A stretch of 64,000 bases of DNA from Alistipes sp. (GCA_017416915.1 JAFQAN010000036.1:11334-75333); one strand, 5' to 3'; counted from the stretch's first letter, positions 47,398 to 58,006 are shown. Notes: generated by a model not told the origin, from the letters alone. Program-made: numbers and translations.

Positions 47398-49085
47398 ATA
47401 TATTGAGTTAAAATTTCGTAAATGTGTTGCAACTCAGGCTCTCCGTCGAGCATAGCCTCGTGACGGCGGCACACCTCCACATCGCCACGCACGGCAGGTC
47501 CTGTCTGCACGGCGCGCGGGTTTGCCGACGCAACAGCCTTAGCTGCCGTCTCCAAGATAAGCGGGCGCAGCACCTCGAACGACAAGCCCTCGCGCTCGAC
47601 AACATCGCCACCCGCCGTATAGAGGGCGTTCACAAAGTTATTGACCATAACGCCCGCGAGGTGTATGACACGACGCCTATCCGAAGTGGCATACTCCACC
47701 TGCGACGACAGACGTGTGGCGAGGTGCATAATGCGCTCACGTGCCTCGTCGCCATCCGCCTCGACGAAGAGGGGTACACGGCGTAGGTCTATGGCACGAC
47801 CACTCGTAAAGGTCTGAAAGGCGTAGATTATACCTCGCCTACCACCACGCTCGGGGAGTGCCGCGAGGGGTACACTACCCGCCGTATGCACCACCACAGC
47901 GTCATCGGGAAGGCTCAGGCGGTGTGCCACCTCCTCGACAGCGGTGTCGCTGACGGCGATGATATATATGTCGGCAGGGGCAACAGCCGCGAAGCTATCG
48001 CACCACTCCGCATTGGTGAGTGCGGCGATAGCCTGACCACGCATCGGGTTACGGGCGCATATCTGTCGCAGTAGCAGCCCCTCGGCGTGGGCAATGTTGC
48101 GGGCAAAGGCCTCGGCGACATTTCCCGAGCCTACGACAACGACGCTCAACGCACCATCCTCCGTGCGAAGGGGGCAGCTCAGACGGCGGCGGTCGATAGC
48201 CTCGTAACGGTCGCTATGTTGCCATACGTAGCATAGTTCGCAGCCAAATAGTACTATGCGCCACGACGTCTGCAACCATATAATGAAGAATGGTATGGCG
48301 GCAAAGCTACCGTAGATGACGTTGTAGGAGTTCATAAAGCCCTGCACGTGGACATATCCCCACTGCCACAGTGCCAAGAGCAGACCCGCGGTGATGCCTG
48401 CACGAAGGGCATTACGCCACGCCACGGGGGTATAGGGCAGAAATTTATAGAGGAGCGTCGCGGCGAGGGCGGCAACGGCTACGGATATTAGCGCGGCAAG
48501 CACGGCATTTACGTCGTGCGACATACCTATCAACGAAAAGGCGTTGTGGGCAAACGACGTTGCAAAGCCCCAGAGCGTAGGCACTGTAAGGGCGATGATG
48601 AGGTACGCCACATATCGGCGCACGATGCCACGGCGGCGACGTATGCCCCATATATGGTTGAACGACTGCTCGACACGGCTAAAAACCGTGAAGAGCGCAC
48701 CCATAAGCGCAAAGATTCCTATGACGGCAAGGATGCCGTTAGGCACTTTCGCTGCGGCATCGGCGGCTGTGGCAAGCACCTTGTCGAGCAGCACACTCCA
48801 CTCCGAGAATGTGGCATAGAGGCTATCAATCAGCGGGTCAAGCACCCCTAAGTGGCTGAGCAGTATGAGCATAAGTGCCAGCAGCGGCACGAGGGCAAAG
48901 GTTGTATATAGCGTCAGCGCGGCACTCTCGATGGCGGTGCGGTGGTGGTTCATACCACGCAACGTATAGTACATCAGGCGGTAGGCGCGACGCAGACGAC
49001 GCGACAGCCTGCCCTTCGTGGCGAGGTCATCGACACGCAGAAGCGTATTGGTGAGCAGATGTTGTATGTCGTGCAAAAGTTTCAT
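47373..49085 (-). CDS. YihY/BrkB membrane protein fused to a Rossmann-like/DUF2520 domain
   Basis: N-terminal SAALTLYTTFALVP...IYGSFAAIPFFIIWLQ; C-terminal VVVGSGNVA...AVSD...HTAGS...QTGPAVRGD, all in one frame. Confidence 0.8.
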   Translation of the reverse strand: MKLLHDIQHLLTNTLLRVDDLATKGRLSRRLRRAYRLMYYTLRGMNHHRTAIESAALTLYTTFALVPLLALMLILLSHLGVLDPLIDSLYATFSEWSVLLDKVLATAADAAAKVPNGILAVIGIFALMGALFTVFSRVEQSFNHIWGIRRRRGIVRRYVAYLIIALTVPTLWGFATSFAHNAFSLIGMSHDVNAVLAALISVAVAALAATLLYKFLPYTPVAWRNALRAGITAGLLLALWQWGYVHVQGFMNSYNVIYGSFAAIPFFIIWLQTSWRIVLFGCELCYVWQHSDRYEAIDRRRLSCPLRTEDGALSVVVVGSGNVAEAFARNIAHAEGLLLRQICARNPMRGQAIAALTNAEWCDSFAAVAPADIYIIAVSDTAVEEVAHRLSLPDDAVVVHTAGSVPLAALPERGGRRGIIYAFQTFTSGRAIDLRRVPLFVEADGDEARERIMHLATRLSSQVEYATSDRRRVIHLAGVMVNNFVNALYTAGGDVVEREGLSFEVLRPLILETAAKAVASANPRAVQTGPAVRGDVEVCRRHEAMLDGEPELQHIYEILTQYIWETSKKI

Positions 49086-49114
49086 CGCTTGATAGCTGAA
49101 CTACACAAAGGTAG

Positions 49115-50287
49115 CTATTCTTCGACAAAGGTACTACTTTTAAGTTGAATTACCCAATTTTCGCCCTCGATAGTGGTAATGGCGAGGTGCATATCGTCTC
49201 CTGCGCGTAGCCCTGCGGCACGGCGAACAGCCTCGACAGAGAGCTGCGTATCACGCTTCGACAGCTCCACGCCTAAGCCCTTGCATCGGCGGCGTAGCTC
49301 CTTGGGGCGGTAGCGTTCGATACCCTCGATGGCATAGACTCTGCCTGGCAGCTCGACATCGGGCAACGAGCGCATAAAGGCGTAGCCGTTGTTGCTCCAC
49401 ATCGAGGCGTAGGGGCTGAGAGCGGCGATTGCCACACGCCCCTTCTGCAACGCCACATCGGGGATAAGCATATAGCGCCACTCTGTATCGGCAAAGCGCT
49501 CCGTGGTGGGCTGTTGCGCCATATCGGAGGGCTTAAAACACCACTCGCCAACACCCGAGATAGCCACTCGCAGCACATCTTCGCGGGCATTGGTAAGGAT
49601 ATTTAGCTCCTTGCACTCGCCACCGAGCGACACCACCTCGACCTCGGCAGGCGAAAATAGCCTAAATGCCTCGTCGCAGTCGAACAGCGGCGAGAGCTTG
49701 ATGGCAACACGCTCGCCAAGGCGCCTCAGGTGCGGCATAAGAGCAAGCATATCGGGCGAGCAGTCCTCCAAGCAGACCATCTTACGCCCCGCGTCGGAGC
49801 GGCGGTCGGGGTCGGCATATATCCAGTCGAAGTGGTCGTTGCACGCCGACACATACTCCTCCGCCGTAGAGTTTACTACCTCTACGTTGCTAATACCCAA
49901 GAGCGTGAGGTTGTGGCGCACAACACGTGCAAGCGCCTCGTCGCGCTCGACAGCCACAACACGTCGAAAGCGGCGGGCAAGGGCGATGGCGTCGATACCC
50001 AAGCCGCACGTAAGGTCGAGGACGCTATCACCCGTAAGAGGCTTACGCTCAGCACACTCCTCGCTCGACGACTGCTCGAAGGCGCGCGGCGGGATGATAC
50101 AGCGGGCATCATACAACGACGGCAATTTACGGCGCGCACGTTGCAGGTATTTTACCTGTGTGGCGACCAATGCCGCGTGGTCGATATGCTTATCCAAGGC
50201 TACAAGTTGCGGGTCGCGCTCGATATTTCTATCAATAGCGCGGCGCACATCCTCCCTACACAATATTTCTACATCAGAGGTATTCAT
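49115..50287 (-). CDS. Class I SAM-dependent methyltransferase (THUMP-like C-terminus)
   Basis: FEQSSSE, VLDLTCGLGIDA, YADPDRR, IKLSPL. Confidence 0.8.
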   Translation of the reverse strand: MNTSDVEILCREDVRRAIDRNIERDPQLVALDKHIDHAALVATQVKYLQRARRKLPSLYDARCIIPPRAFEQSSSEECAERKPLTGDSVLDLTCGLGIDAIALARRFRRVVAVERDEALARVVRHNLTLLGISNVEVVNSTAEEYVSACNDHFDWIYADPDRRSDAGRKMVCLEDCSPDMLALMPHLRRLGERVAIKLSPLFDCDEAFRLFSPAEVEVVSLGGECKELNILTNAREDVLRVAISGVGEWCFKPSDMAQQPTTERFADTEWRYMLIPDVALQKGRVAIAALSPYASMWSNNGYAFMRSLPDVELPGRVYAIEGIERYRPKELRRRCKGLGVELSKRDTQLSVEAVRRAAGLRAGDDMHLAITTIEGENWVIQLKSSTFVEE

Positions 50288-51770
50288 CCGTCTTGCGTAA
50301 AGTTATCCTATTATCTCGTTTCGATGACCATACTGCCACCGTAATTATCACAAACACAATGTAGTAAACGACAATCGCGCCCTCCTCCATACGATACTCC
50401 ATATAGGCGTATGGCAACATCTCGCCACCCTCGACGATGCTATTTTGCCACGAGGCACACCACTCCGCCGCAGCGATAAATGGCATATTGAGCGGCGCGG
50501 GCAGCACCACAGCGAGTAGCCCAAAGGCGATAACGGGATAGGCTATCACAACCACTATGGGCGTAATGACCACTCCCACAAACGACACTATGCCAAACGT
50601 ATAGCTCACTATGGGCATCACCCAGAGTGTCGCTACGATGCCCACCACCATCGACGTTACGAGCCAGCGTAGCAGCCGCCCGCGTAGCCTAATATGCTGC
50701 ATAAGTGGCACAGCCCACACCACGATACCGAACACGGCAGTAGCCGAGAGCTGAAAACTTATGTCGTAGAGCATCGAGCTACGATAGACCAGCATCACAA
50801 AGAGCGTTGCGGCGAGGGCGTTGAGCGAGTTATAGTTGCGTACCGTCCCTGAGGCAAGCATAAGTATCGAGAACATCACAGCAGCACGTACTACCGACGC
50901 CGAGGCACCCGACACCACCACAAAGAGCCACATAGCCACCACCGCCACGACATTGCGCCACCTATGTCCGTTGCGAAGTAGTACCAGAGGCTGCAACAGC
51001 GTCATCAGCAGTAGCGCAACAATGCCGAGGTGCAGTCCCGAGACGGCGAGTATATGCGTCATACCCGTATGCGAGTACGCCTTGGCAAGCGACGTAGGCA
51101 TAGCACCACGCTCGCCCACAACCATAGCCTCAACGGTGCTATGTGCCGCCGTATCGAGGACCACGCGGCGGATGTTACGCATAGCATAGCTGCGCAGCTC
51201 TTCAACCTCGTAGCTCGCGTCGTCAAGCAGCGCCACACCATCCATATAGAGCCTGCCCACATAGCCACGACTGCGCATAAACCGCTCGAAGCGGTCGTCG
51301 GGGCGCGTGTAGTGGTAGATGGCACCATAGAGCCTCATACGCATACCCTGAGACAAGCTGCACCGCTTAGCAACCACCCCTATCCGCTCACTTGCAGAGT
51401 GCCAAGCACTGCCATCACTCCACGCCTCGACACGTCCATCTGCCCGCATAAGGCTATCGGCGCTACGCACACGCCCCTCCACCGATACCACCATCTCGAT
51501 AGGCGTACGGTCGGGGATGCGGCTCTCGGCATCGCGCAGCTCACACACCATATACCCACATACGGCGACAAGAACAGCCGCATAGAGGTATGCCACAGCC
51601 GCCTGTTGCACACGCCACACCACAACTATCAACAGAGCGAGTAGCAGCCATAGCAGCCACTGTGGTAGGACGAAGTAGCTATGCGCCACGATGCCCACAA
51701 CAAAAAAGAGCAACACGGCAAGCATCGGCATCGTCCTAAGACGACGTCTTAGAGTGTCAAGGCTGAGCAT
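50274..51770 (-). CDS. comEC: ComEC/Rec2 family competence protein
   Basis: GMTHILAVSGLHLG, SVVRAAVM, DISFQLSATA; start reassigned to MLSLD. Confidence 0.88.
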   Translation of the reverse strand: MLSLDTLRRRLRTMPMLAVLLFFVVGIVAHSYFVLPQWLLWLLLALLIVVVWRVQQAAVAYLYAAVLVAVCGYMVCELRDAESRIPDRTPIEMVVSVEGRVRSADSLMRADGRVEAWSDGSAWHSASERIGVVAKRCSLSQGMRMRLYGAIYHYTRPDDRFERFMRSRGYVGRLYMDGVALLDDASYEVEELRSYAMRNIRRVVLDTAAHSTVEAMVVGERGAMPTSLAKAYSHTGMTHILAVSGLHLGIVALLLMTLLQPLVLLRNGHRWRNVVAVVAMWLFVVVSGASASVVRAAVMFSILMLASGTVRNYNSLNALAATLFVMLVYRSSMLYDISFQLSATAVFGIVVWAVPLMQHIRLRGRLLRWLVTSMVVGIVATLWVMPIVSYTFGIVSFVGVVITPIVVVIAYPVIAFGLLAVVLPAPLNMPFIAAAEWCASWQNSIVEGGEMLPYAYMEYRMEEGAIVVYYIVFVIITVAVWSSKRDNRITLRKTDEYL

Positions 51771-51771
51771 A

Positions 51772-52503
51772 CTATGCCAAGGGGCGGATACGCACCTCGC
51801 AGACCCCCTCCAAGCGCTTCGCCAACGCCTCCACGTCGGTAGGCTCATCGACCTGACCGTAGTGATAGGGGTAATATATGGTGGGACGTATCGCCTCGAC
51901 AGCCTCGACAGCCTCATCTGGGGTCATCGTATATGGCTGATTTACACATATAAAGGCAATGTCGATATGCTTATCTCGCAATGCTCGTAGCTCGTCGGTA
52001 GGCTCCGTATCGCCCGAGAGGTATATCTTCACCGCATCGCCCAACGTTACCACATAGCCGCAATCCTCGCGCTCCTTGGGGTGGAACTGCAACTGGTGCG
52101 GCGAGGTGTTATAGGCAGCAACAGCCTCAACGCGGATGTCGCCAAAAGGCTCGGCAACGGCGCCAGGCAGCATCGTATAACACTCGCCAGCGAAGCTCTC
52201 CGCCGAGGTCTTATCGCAGAGGATGTGTGTCTCGGGCGTTTCGAGGCTCTCGATAGCCGCCTTGTCAAAGTGGTCGTAGTGCGAGTGCGTCACAAGGATT
52301 ACGTCCGCCTTAGGCAACGAGGCGTAGTCGGCGTGCGCAACCACGGGATCGACGTATATGTAGCGCCCCTCATACTCGATAGCTACCGAGGCGTGAGCGA
52401 AGAAGCTGATACGCAACTTTTTACCGTTTATCGTAAGTTCGTCCGTAGGGTATTCGGGGCGAGCATTAGTCTTGCTGCCAAAGAGTTTTTTGAAGAGTGT
52501 CAT
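51772..52503 (-). CDS. MBL-fold metallo-hydrolase
   Basis: THSHYDH, YLSGDT, YPYHY. Confidence 0.85.
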   Translation of the reverse strand: MTLFKKLFGSKTNARPEYPTDELTINGKKLRISFFAHASVAIEYEGRYIYVDPVVAHADYASLPKADVILVTHSHYDHFDKAAIESLETPETHILCDKTSAESFAGECYTMLPGAVAEPFGDIRVEAVAAYNTSPHQLQFHPKEREDCGYVVTLGDAVKIYLSGDTEPTDELRALRDKHIDIAFICVNQPYTMTPDEAVEAVEAIRPTIYYPYHYGQVDEPTDVEALAKRLEGVCEVRIRPLA

Positions 52504-52517
52504 AGCGTTTTATTTTG

Positions 52518-53492
52518 TTAGTTTATGATGTTACGTGTAAGAAATTCCGCGATGCTATCTACCAGACCCTCAGTAAGGGGCAACGAGGGGTTGGTATATA
52601 CCTCCACGAACTGCTCCATACGCTCCTCCGAGGCGCTATCTTTAAGCACGTGGCTCATACGCTCAAAGAGGATGTGTTGGGCGTGAGGCGCAGCACTCAG
52701 CAGTGCCTCGCCATTATCGACCGCGACCTGTATATCGCGGCCACCGCTAATTATCAGCATCGGAGAGCCACAACGCCCCGCCAACTCGCAGGGGTCGTCC
52801 TGCATCCGGCTGATAAGGAAGCTCTGCACGTTGGGATGGAAGAGCGATATAAGCTCTTGGGGTATCTGCTCCTGAGCCACCCTCTCGCCACGTTTTAGCG
52901 TGTTGATAATATCGGTAGCACGAAGCATAAGACCTATGTAGGTAGGCATAAGCTGTGCCGAAAGCTGCCGCAAAAGTATCTTATCGATACCATAGCCCGC
53001 CGTAGCAAGTAGCACTAAGCCATCTACCCCACTACCCTCGCGCGAGGCAAGCTCCAAGGCTATAAGTCCACCCTCGCTATGTCCCGCAACAACAACTCGC
53101 TCGAAGCCTCTGTCGCGCAAAAACGCCACGCAGCGCGCCGCATCATCGACAAAGTCGTCAAAAATGACGTCGGCATAGCCCTCTGGCGCCATAGCGCTCT
53201 GTCCCACGCCGCGCTTATCGTAGCGCAACACGGCATAGCCTCTCGCAACAAGCTCGTCGCTAAGCAGCTTATAGGTGTAGGTATTCAGATTATAACCCGA
53301 GTTGCCGTTACGGTCGGTAGGACCCGACCCCGCCACAATAACTACTGCCGTGCTACACTCCGTATCTGGCTCGGCAAGCGTCGCGGCGATATTGCCCCAC
53401 TCGCAAGCGATGCTCACCTCGCTCTCGGCAGCCGTAGCAATGCCTACAACAAGGATAAGGGCGATAGTCAATATATAGCTAATACACTTCAT
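52518..53492 (-). CDS. Secreted alpha/beta hydrolase
   Basis: Signal peptide; GSGPTDRNGN, YDKRGVG, GHSEGG nucleophile elbow. Confidence 0.85.
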   Translation of the reverse strand: MKCISYILTIALILVVGIATAAESEVSIACEWGNIAATLAEPDTECSTAVVIVAGSGPTDRNGNSGYNLNTYTYKLLSDELVARGYAVLRYDKRGVGQSAMAPEGYADVIFDDFVDDAARCVAFLRDRGFERVVVAGHSEGGLIALELASREGSGVDGLVLLATAGYGIDKILLRQLSAQLMPTYIGLMLRATDIINTLKRGERVAQEQIPQELISLFHPNVQSFLISRMQDDPCELAGRCGSPMLIISGGRDIQVAVDNGEALLSAAPHAQHILFERMSHVLKDSASEERMEQFVEVYTNPSLPLTEGLVDSIAEFLTRNIIN

Positions 53493-53507
53493 AATAAGGC
53501 ACTTATA

Positions 53508-54413
53508 CTACAAGTCTATATTCGAAAACTTCTCATTGACCACCTCCGAGAGATGGTGTCGATTGAGGTGCGTATATATCTCCGTGGTCTCTATATTTTC
53601 GTGTCCGAGCAGCTCCTGCACCTGACGGATGTTTGCACCACCCTCCAACAGATGTGTGGCGAACGAGTGTCGCAACGTGTGGGGGCTAATCTGCTTATCG
53701 ATACCCGCCTGTTTCGCCGCCTGACGTATTATCGTGAAGACCATAACGCGCGTAAGTGGCGTACCGCGATTGTTGAGAAAGAGGGTGGTATCGGAGCTAT
53801 GCTTCGGATGACGAAACTCCATATAGAGCTGCATCTTATCACGCGCAGCACTGCTCACAGGCACTATGCGTTGCTTATCGCCCTTGCCCACAACGCGTAT
53901 ATAGCCCTCGCCAAAGAAGAGGTCCTCCAAGCGCAGCGACGTGAGTTCCGACACACGCAGACCACACGAGTACAACACCTCGATAATGGCACTATCCCTA
54001 CACCCCTTCGCCGTGGTAATATCGAACGTATCGAGCAGCGCGTCAATCTCCTCGACCGAGAGCGTATCGGGAAGCGTACGACCCGCCTTCGGCGCCTCGA
54101 TATACTCGGTGGGGAGGTGTTCGATACGGTCGCCCAGCAGCAGGAAGTTGTAGAAGCTCTTGATGCCGCTGAGGCGTCGTGCCTGCGATGCGCGGCTACG
54201 ACCACGGTCGTAGAGCCACGCCATATAGCGCTCAACCATAGTAGCCTCGACACGCTGCGGCGGCACATCGAAGGTGCGCATAATATAGTGGGCAAACTCC
54301 TCTAAATCGCGCATATAGGCCTCGACACTATTGTCCGCAAGGTGCTTCTCGAAACGTATGTATCGTCGATAGTCGCGGGCAAATTCATCCCACTTTTTCG
54401 CACTTTCTATCAT
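53508..54413 (-). CDS. xerD: Tyrosine recombinase XerD (XerC/D family)
   Basis: LYSCGLRVSEL, GKGDKQR, HTLRHSFATHLL, LLGH, TEIYTHL; start at MIESAKK. Confidence 0.85.
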   Translation of the reverse strand: MIESAKKWDEFARDYRRYIRFEKHLADNSVEAYMRDLEEFAHYIMRTFDVPPQRVEATMVERYMAWLYDRGRSRASQARRLSGIKSFYNFLLLGDRIEHLPTEYIEAPKAGRTLPDTLSVEEIDALLDTFDITTAKGCRDSAIIEVLYSCGLRVSELTSLRLEDLFFGEGYIRVVGKGDKQRIVPVSSAARDKMQLYMEFRHPKHSSDTTLFLNNRGTPLTRVMVFTIIRQAAKQAGIDKQISPHTLRHSFATHLLEGGANIRQVQELLGHENIETTEIYTHLNRHHLSEVVNEKFSNIDL

Positions 54414-54421
54414 AATATTTG

Positions 54422-54429
54422 TATCTTTG
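54422..54429 (+). promoter_or_regulatory. -7 promoter element for prmA
   Basis: tatctttg. Confidence 0.5.
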
Positions 54430-54498
54430 TGGTAAAGATACGAATTTTTACATAATATCTGCCCCTTCGAGGGTAAAAAAGTTATACGACGACCAACG

Positions 54499-55347
54499 AT
54501 GAGAGAGTATATCGAGCTAATAATTCTTACCGCCGACGACGAGCATAGTGAAATTGCGACCGCCTTTTTGTCGGACTTCCCGTTCGACTCGTTCGACACG
54601 CACACTACTACTAAGGGCGTTGAGCTTCACGCCTTTATCCTTAGCGAGGAGTGGAGAGCCTGCCGCGACGAGGCTCTTAGAGCCATCGACGGCTACGGCA
54701 CAGCTATCGAGGAGCGCACCGTCGAGGACGAAAATTGGAACGAGCAGTGGGAGCGCGAGGGTTTCGAGCCTATCGACATTGATGGTCGTATGCGCATCCG
54801 CGCCCCGCACCACACACCTGCCAAAGGCTCCTCAATCGACATCATCGTAGCACCACGTATGGCATTTGGCTCGGGACACCACTACACCTCGCGGATGATG
54901 TGCCGCGCCATTATGCGCCTCACGCCTGCCAATGCTACGCTCCTCGACGTGGGCTGTGGCACGGGCATACTCACGTTTGCAGCGTTGGGCTGCGGAGCAT
55001 CGTCTGCCGACGCCGTGGATATAGACCCCTGGTCGGTGGAGAGTGCGCGCGAGGCGGCAGCCCTGAACGGCGTGGAGCAGAGGGTGCGAGTGCTTCTCGG
55101 CACGATAGAGGCGGTAGAGGGGCGATGCTACGATATGGTCGTGGCAAACATCAACCGCAACATAATCATCGCAGATATGGCGCGCTATGCCGCGGCACTA
55201 CACAAGGGCGGAGTGCTACTACTTAGCGGCTTCTTGGAGGAGGACATAGAGGCGGTTAGGAGCGCTGCTCGCCAGAACGACATAGCCGTCGAGGAGGTCG
55301 ATAGCGACAATGGTTGGGTATGTATGGCGTGTCGCAAGCAATGCTAA
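54499..55347 (+). CDS. prmA: Ribosomal protein L11 methyltransferase
   Basis: PRMAFGSGHH, LDVGCGTGIL, DIDPWSV, VANINRN, LLSGF. Confidence 0.92.
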   Translation: MREYIELIILTADDEHSEIATAFLSDFPFDSFDTHTTTKGVELHAFILSEEWRACRDEALRAIDGYGTAIEERTVEDENWNEQWEREGFEPIDIDGRMRIRAPHHTPAKGSSIDIIVAPRMAFGSGHHYTSRMMCRAIMRLTPANATLLDVGCGTGILTFAALGCGASSADAVDIDPWSVESAREAAALNGVEQRVRVLLGTIEAVEGRCYDMVVANINRNIIIADMARYAAALHKGGVLLLSGFLEEDIEAVRSAARQNDIAVEEVDSDNGWVCMACRKQC

Positions 55348-55392
55348 GGAGCGATGATAATAGATTAATAATCAACGAATAAATCTCTTCAA

Positions 55393-55995
55393 ATGATAAT
55401 TCTTCCCTCGGTATATTTCGGCTCGGTGGAGTATTGGACAGCCCTTGTCAAGGGCAAAGACGACGTGGTAATCGACATCGGCGAGAACTATGTGAAGCGC
55501 TCGGAGCGTAACCGCACCTCGATACTCACTTCGGGCGGCGTTATGCAACTTTCGGTGCAGCTTGCCCACGCCAACCGCCCACGACAGCCGATGCGCTCGA
55601 TGCGTATCGACTACTCGAAGCGTTGGCAGCACCAGCACCGCGTAGCGATGGAGTCGGCATACCGCTCGTCGCCCTACTACGACTACTTTGCCGACCGTTT
55701 CGAAACGCTATACACCACCCACTACGACTACCTCTTAGACCTAAATATGGCGACATTGGAGAGGGTGTGTTCGTTGCTGAAAATCGACGTGCCGCGCATC
55801 TCGGAGCAGTACATATCTGCCTCGGCAGAGGACATCGACCTGCGCGACAAAAAGAGAGGCTCCACCTTCACGGCAGAGCCTTATACTCAGGTATTTGAGG
55901 ATAGAATGGCGTTCGAGCCAAACCTCTCGATATACGACCTTGTGATGTGCGAGGGCAGGGAGGCTATCGACGTGCTTTTAGCGAGTGAGTTGTAA
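55393..55995 (+). CDS. WbqC-like family protein
   Basis: YVKRSERNRT, AYRSSPYYDYF, NLSIYDL. Confidence 0.85.
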   Translation: MIILPSVYFGSVEYWTALVKGKDDVVIDIGENYVKRSERNRTSILTSGGVMQLSVQLAHANRPRQPMRSMRIDYSKRWQHQHRVAMESAYRSSPYYDYFADRFETLYTTHYDYLLDLNMATLERVCSLLKIDVPRISEQYISASAEDIDLRDKKRGSTFTAEPYTQVFEDRMAFEPNLSIYDLVMCEGREAIDVLLASEL

Positions 55996-57988
55996 ACCCT
56001 ACGCTGTCGCGCAGCCCTCCCGTAGCATCCACGGCACGTACCGTGGCCCGCTGATGGACAACAACGCTATCGGCAACATATTGACACTGGGCAACCTCTC
56101 TCACGGCAACCGTGTCGCCCTCGACAATGAGCGTGGGCGTACCTGTCGAACAATAGACCTTTATATTTTGTAGCGTATCACGCCTCTCGGTCCAGCGGCG
56201 CTCGGCGATATGTAGCGTACCTCTACGCCTATTCCACATAGCGCGATAGAGGTAGTAGGCATCCTTCGCCGCGCGGTGGTCAAAGTCCATAAGTCCCGAG
56301 TGGTCAATGCCGTAGCTATTGCGTGTGGTGGCAAAGTCATACATATTCTCCAACCACACGCCCCAAAATATGCCCGACGAGGGGAGTATAGCGGCATAGC
56401 GCTCGTGCATAAGTGTTTGGCGGCGCTCCGAGAGGCGGTGTGTGCCACGCTCGGCACGGCGCACCTCGTCGTCCTGATGCGACATCATACCCTGCTCGCC
56501 ATACGACACGGCGTAGCGCAACGCCTCCCACGCCCTATTTGACGAGAGCTGGTCGCACCACACTTCAACATCGTCGAACTGCCCCTTCATCCAGCCCGCA
56601 TCCTGACGAAAGACTATAAGGTCGGTAACGAAGTTTATCGCACCATTACTATTGCTGCACCCCACCGTAGGGCGTGAGGCATCGAGGCTGTGTGCCAACG
56701 CGTCCAACTCCTCGATAAAGGGTACCACATCGTCGCCGCGCTGCCACGCCAGCGAGAAGAGACCCCACATCGCCACCGACGGGTGGTTAAAATTCTGTGC
56801 TACAATCTCTTGAAGTTGTTGCTTTGCGTTGTCCTGCAACGCCACCGTAGGCAGATAGCCCACATCGGCAAAGGCGTAGCGTGAGCGCGTCAGAGGCAGG
56901 TCTATCCACGCCAAAATGCCTCGTCTGTCGCACTCGTCGTAGAGCATATCGGCGTGCGGACCTCCCAACGAGCGGATGGCATTGGCACCCAAATCTTCAA
57001 TTTGGTCGATATCCGAGAGAATCTGCTCGCGGCTCATTGCACTACCCGATGCGTGGCAGTCGTGAGCGAGGTTTACGCCCTGCACAAAGAGGGGTTTATC
57101 GTTGATGAGCAGCTTGTTATCTTCGCTAATAGAGATTTTGCGAATACCCGTCTTAACGCTTACGAAGTCCATAGGCGACTCCTCATCGCCCAACGACACC
57201 TCGACCGTGTAGAGCGAGGGCGAGGCGGGACTCCACAGCTCGGGATAGTTAATCTCGAAGGGTATTTCGACCGTGCGTCCCGACTCAATCTTTGTGGCAC
57301 GTACGCTACGACGGTCCACCTCATAGCCGTCTGGGGCGACGATACGCATATTTACCGCCACATTATCCGACGTGGGCGACGACAGATGCACACGCACAAC
57401 GCCCGACGCTTGGTTAGCATCGACCTTCTGCTGCACGACAAAGAGACCGTCGGAGCCATAATAGAGGGGCGTAACGATACTCTTGCCCGTAACCAACAGC
57501 TCTACATCGCGGTAGATGCCGCCATATAGGTTTTGGTCCGTCGAGAGGGGTAGCACGTCGTTGCGATAGCTATTCGACACCTCGACAAGCAGCTGATTGT
57601 TAGCGCCATAGTTTACACGGTGTGTGATTTCGAGCGTGAAGGCGGTATATCCTCCACGATGCTCGCCCACGTGGCGGCCATTGACAAAGACATCGGCTAC
57701 GCTCTGCACACCGCCAAAGCGCAAGAAGAGGCGCTTGCCGCTCCACTCCGCAGGGATATACAACTCGCGCAGATAGCGCGCCGTGGTGCGGCGGTAGTCG
57801 TGGTCGGCGACGGCAACATCGTCATTCCAGGTATGGGGCAGCTCGACATAGCGCGCATTGTCGCTGTCGTGTTCCGAGGCGTAGAAAAACATCCAATCAT
57901 CGTTGAGCGAATAGCTACTGCGTAGCGGCTCAACAGCCTGTGCCATACAGGTAAAAAAGATGGCTATTATGGTTAAAACTCTCTTCAT
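55964..57988 (-). CDS. Glycoside hydrolase family 2 homologue, possibly catalytically inactive
   Basis: LPHTWN, FLRFGGVQSVADVFVNG..GEHRGGYTAF, YGGIYRDV, NHPSVAMWG. The usual NE and EYG glutamate motifs are not present. Confidence 0.85.
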   Translation of the reverse strand: MKRVLTIIAIFFTCMAQAVEPLRSSYSLNDDWMFFYASEHDSDNARYVELPHTWNDDVAVADHDYRRTTARYLRELYIPAEWSGKRLFLRFGGVQSVADVFVNGRHVGEHRGGYTAFTLEITHRVNYGANNQLLVEVSNSYRNDVLPLSTDQNLYGGIYRDVELLVTGKSIVTPLYYGSDGLFVVQQKVDANQASGVVRVHLSSPTSDNVAVNMRIVAPDGYEVDRRSVRATKIESGRTVEIPFEINYPELWSPASPSLYTVEVSLGDEESPMDFVSVKTGIRKISISEDNKLLINDKPLFVQGVNLAHDCHASGSAMSREQILSDIDQIEDLGANAIRSLGGPHADMLYDECDRRGILAWIDLPLTRSRYAFADVGYLPTVALQDNAKQQLQEIVAQNFNHPSVAMWGLFSLAWQRGDDVVPFIEELDALAHSLDASRPTVGCSNSNGAINFVTDLIVFRQDAGWMKGQFDDVEVWCDQLSSNRAWEALRYAVSYGEQGMMSHQDDEVRRAERGTHRLSERRQTLMHERYAAILPSSGIFWGVWLENMYDFATTRNSYGIDHSGLMDFDHRAAKDAYYLYRAMWNRRRGTLHIAERRWTERRDTLQNIKVYCSTGTPTLIVEGDTVAVREVAQCQYVADSVVVHQRATVRAVDATGGLRDSVGFTTHSLKARR

Positions 57989-58006
57989 ATTGCAACATTA
58001 TCGCCA

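Noticed and set aside
53508-54413. XerD as the mobiliser, with hairpin ends as dif-like sites
   Set aside because: TTATcacaacAAAT only loosely resembles the XerD arm TTATGTTAAAT, with different spacing and no 11-6-11 layout. The gene sits in ordinary housekeeping context.
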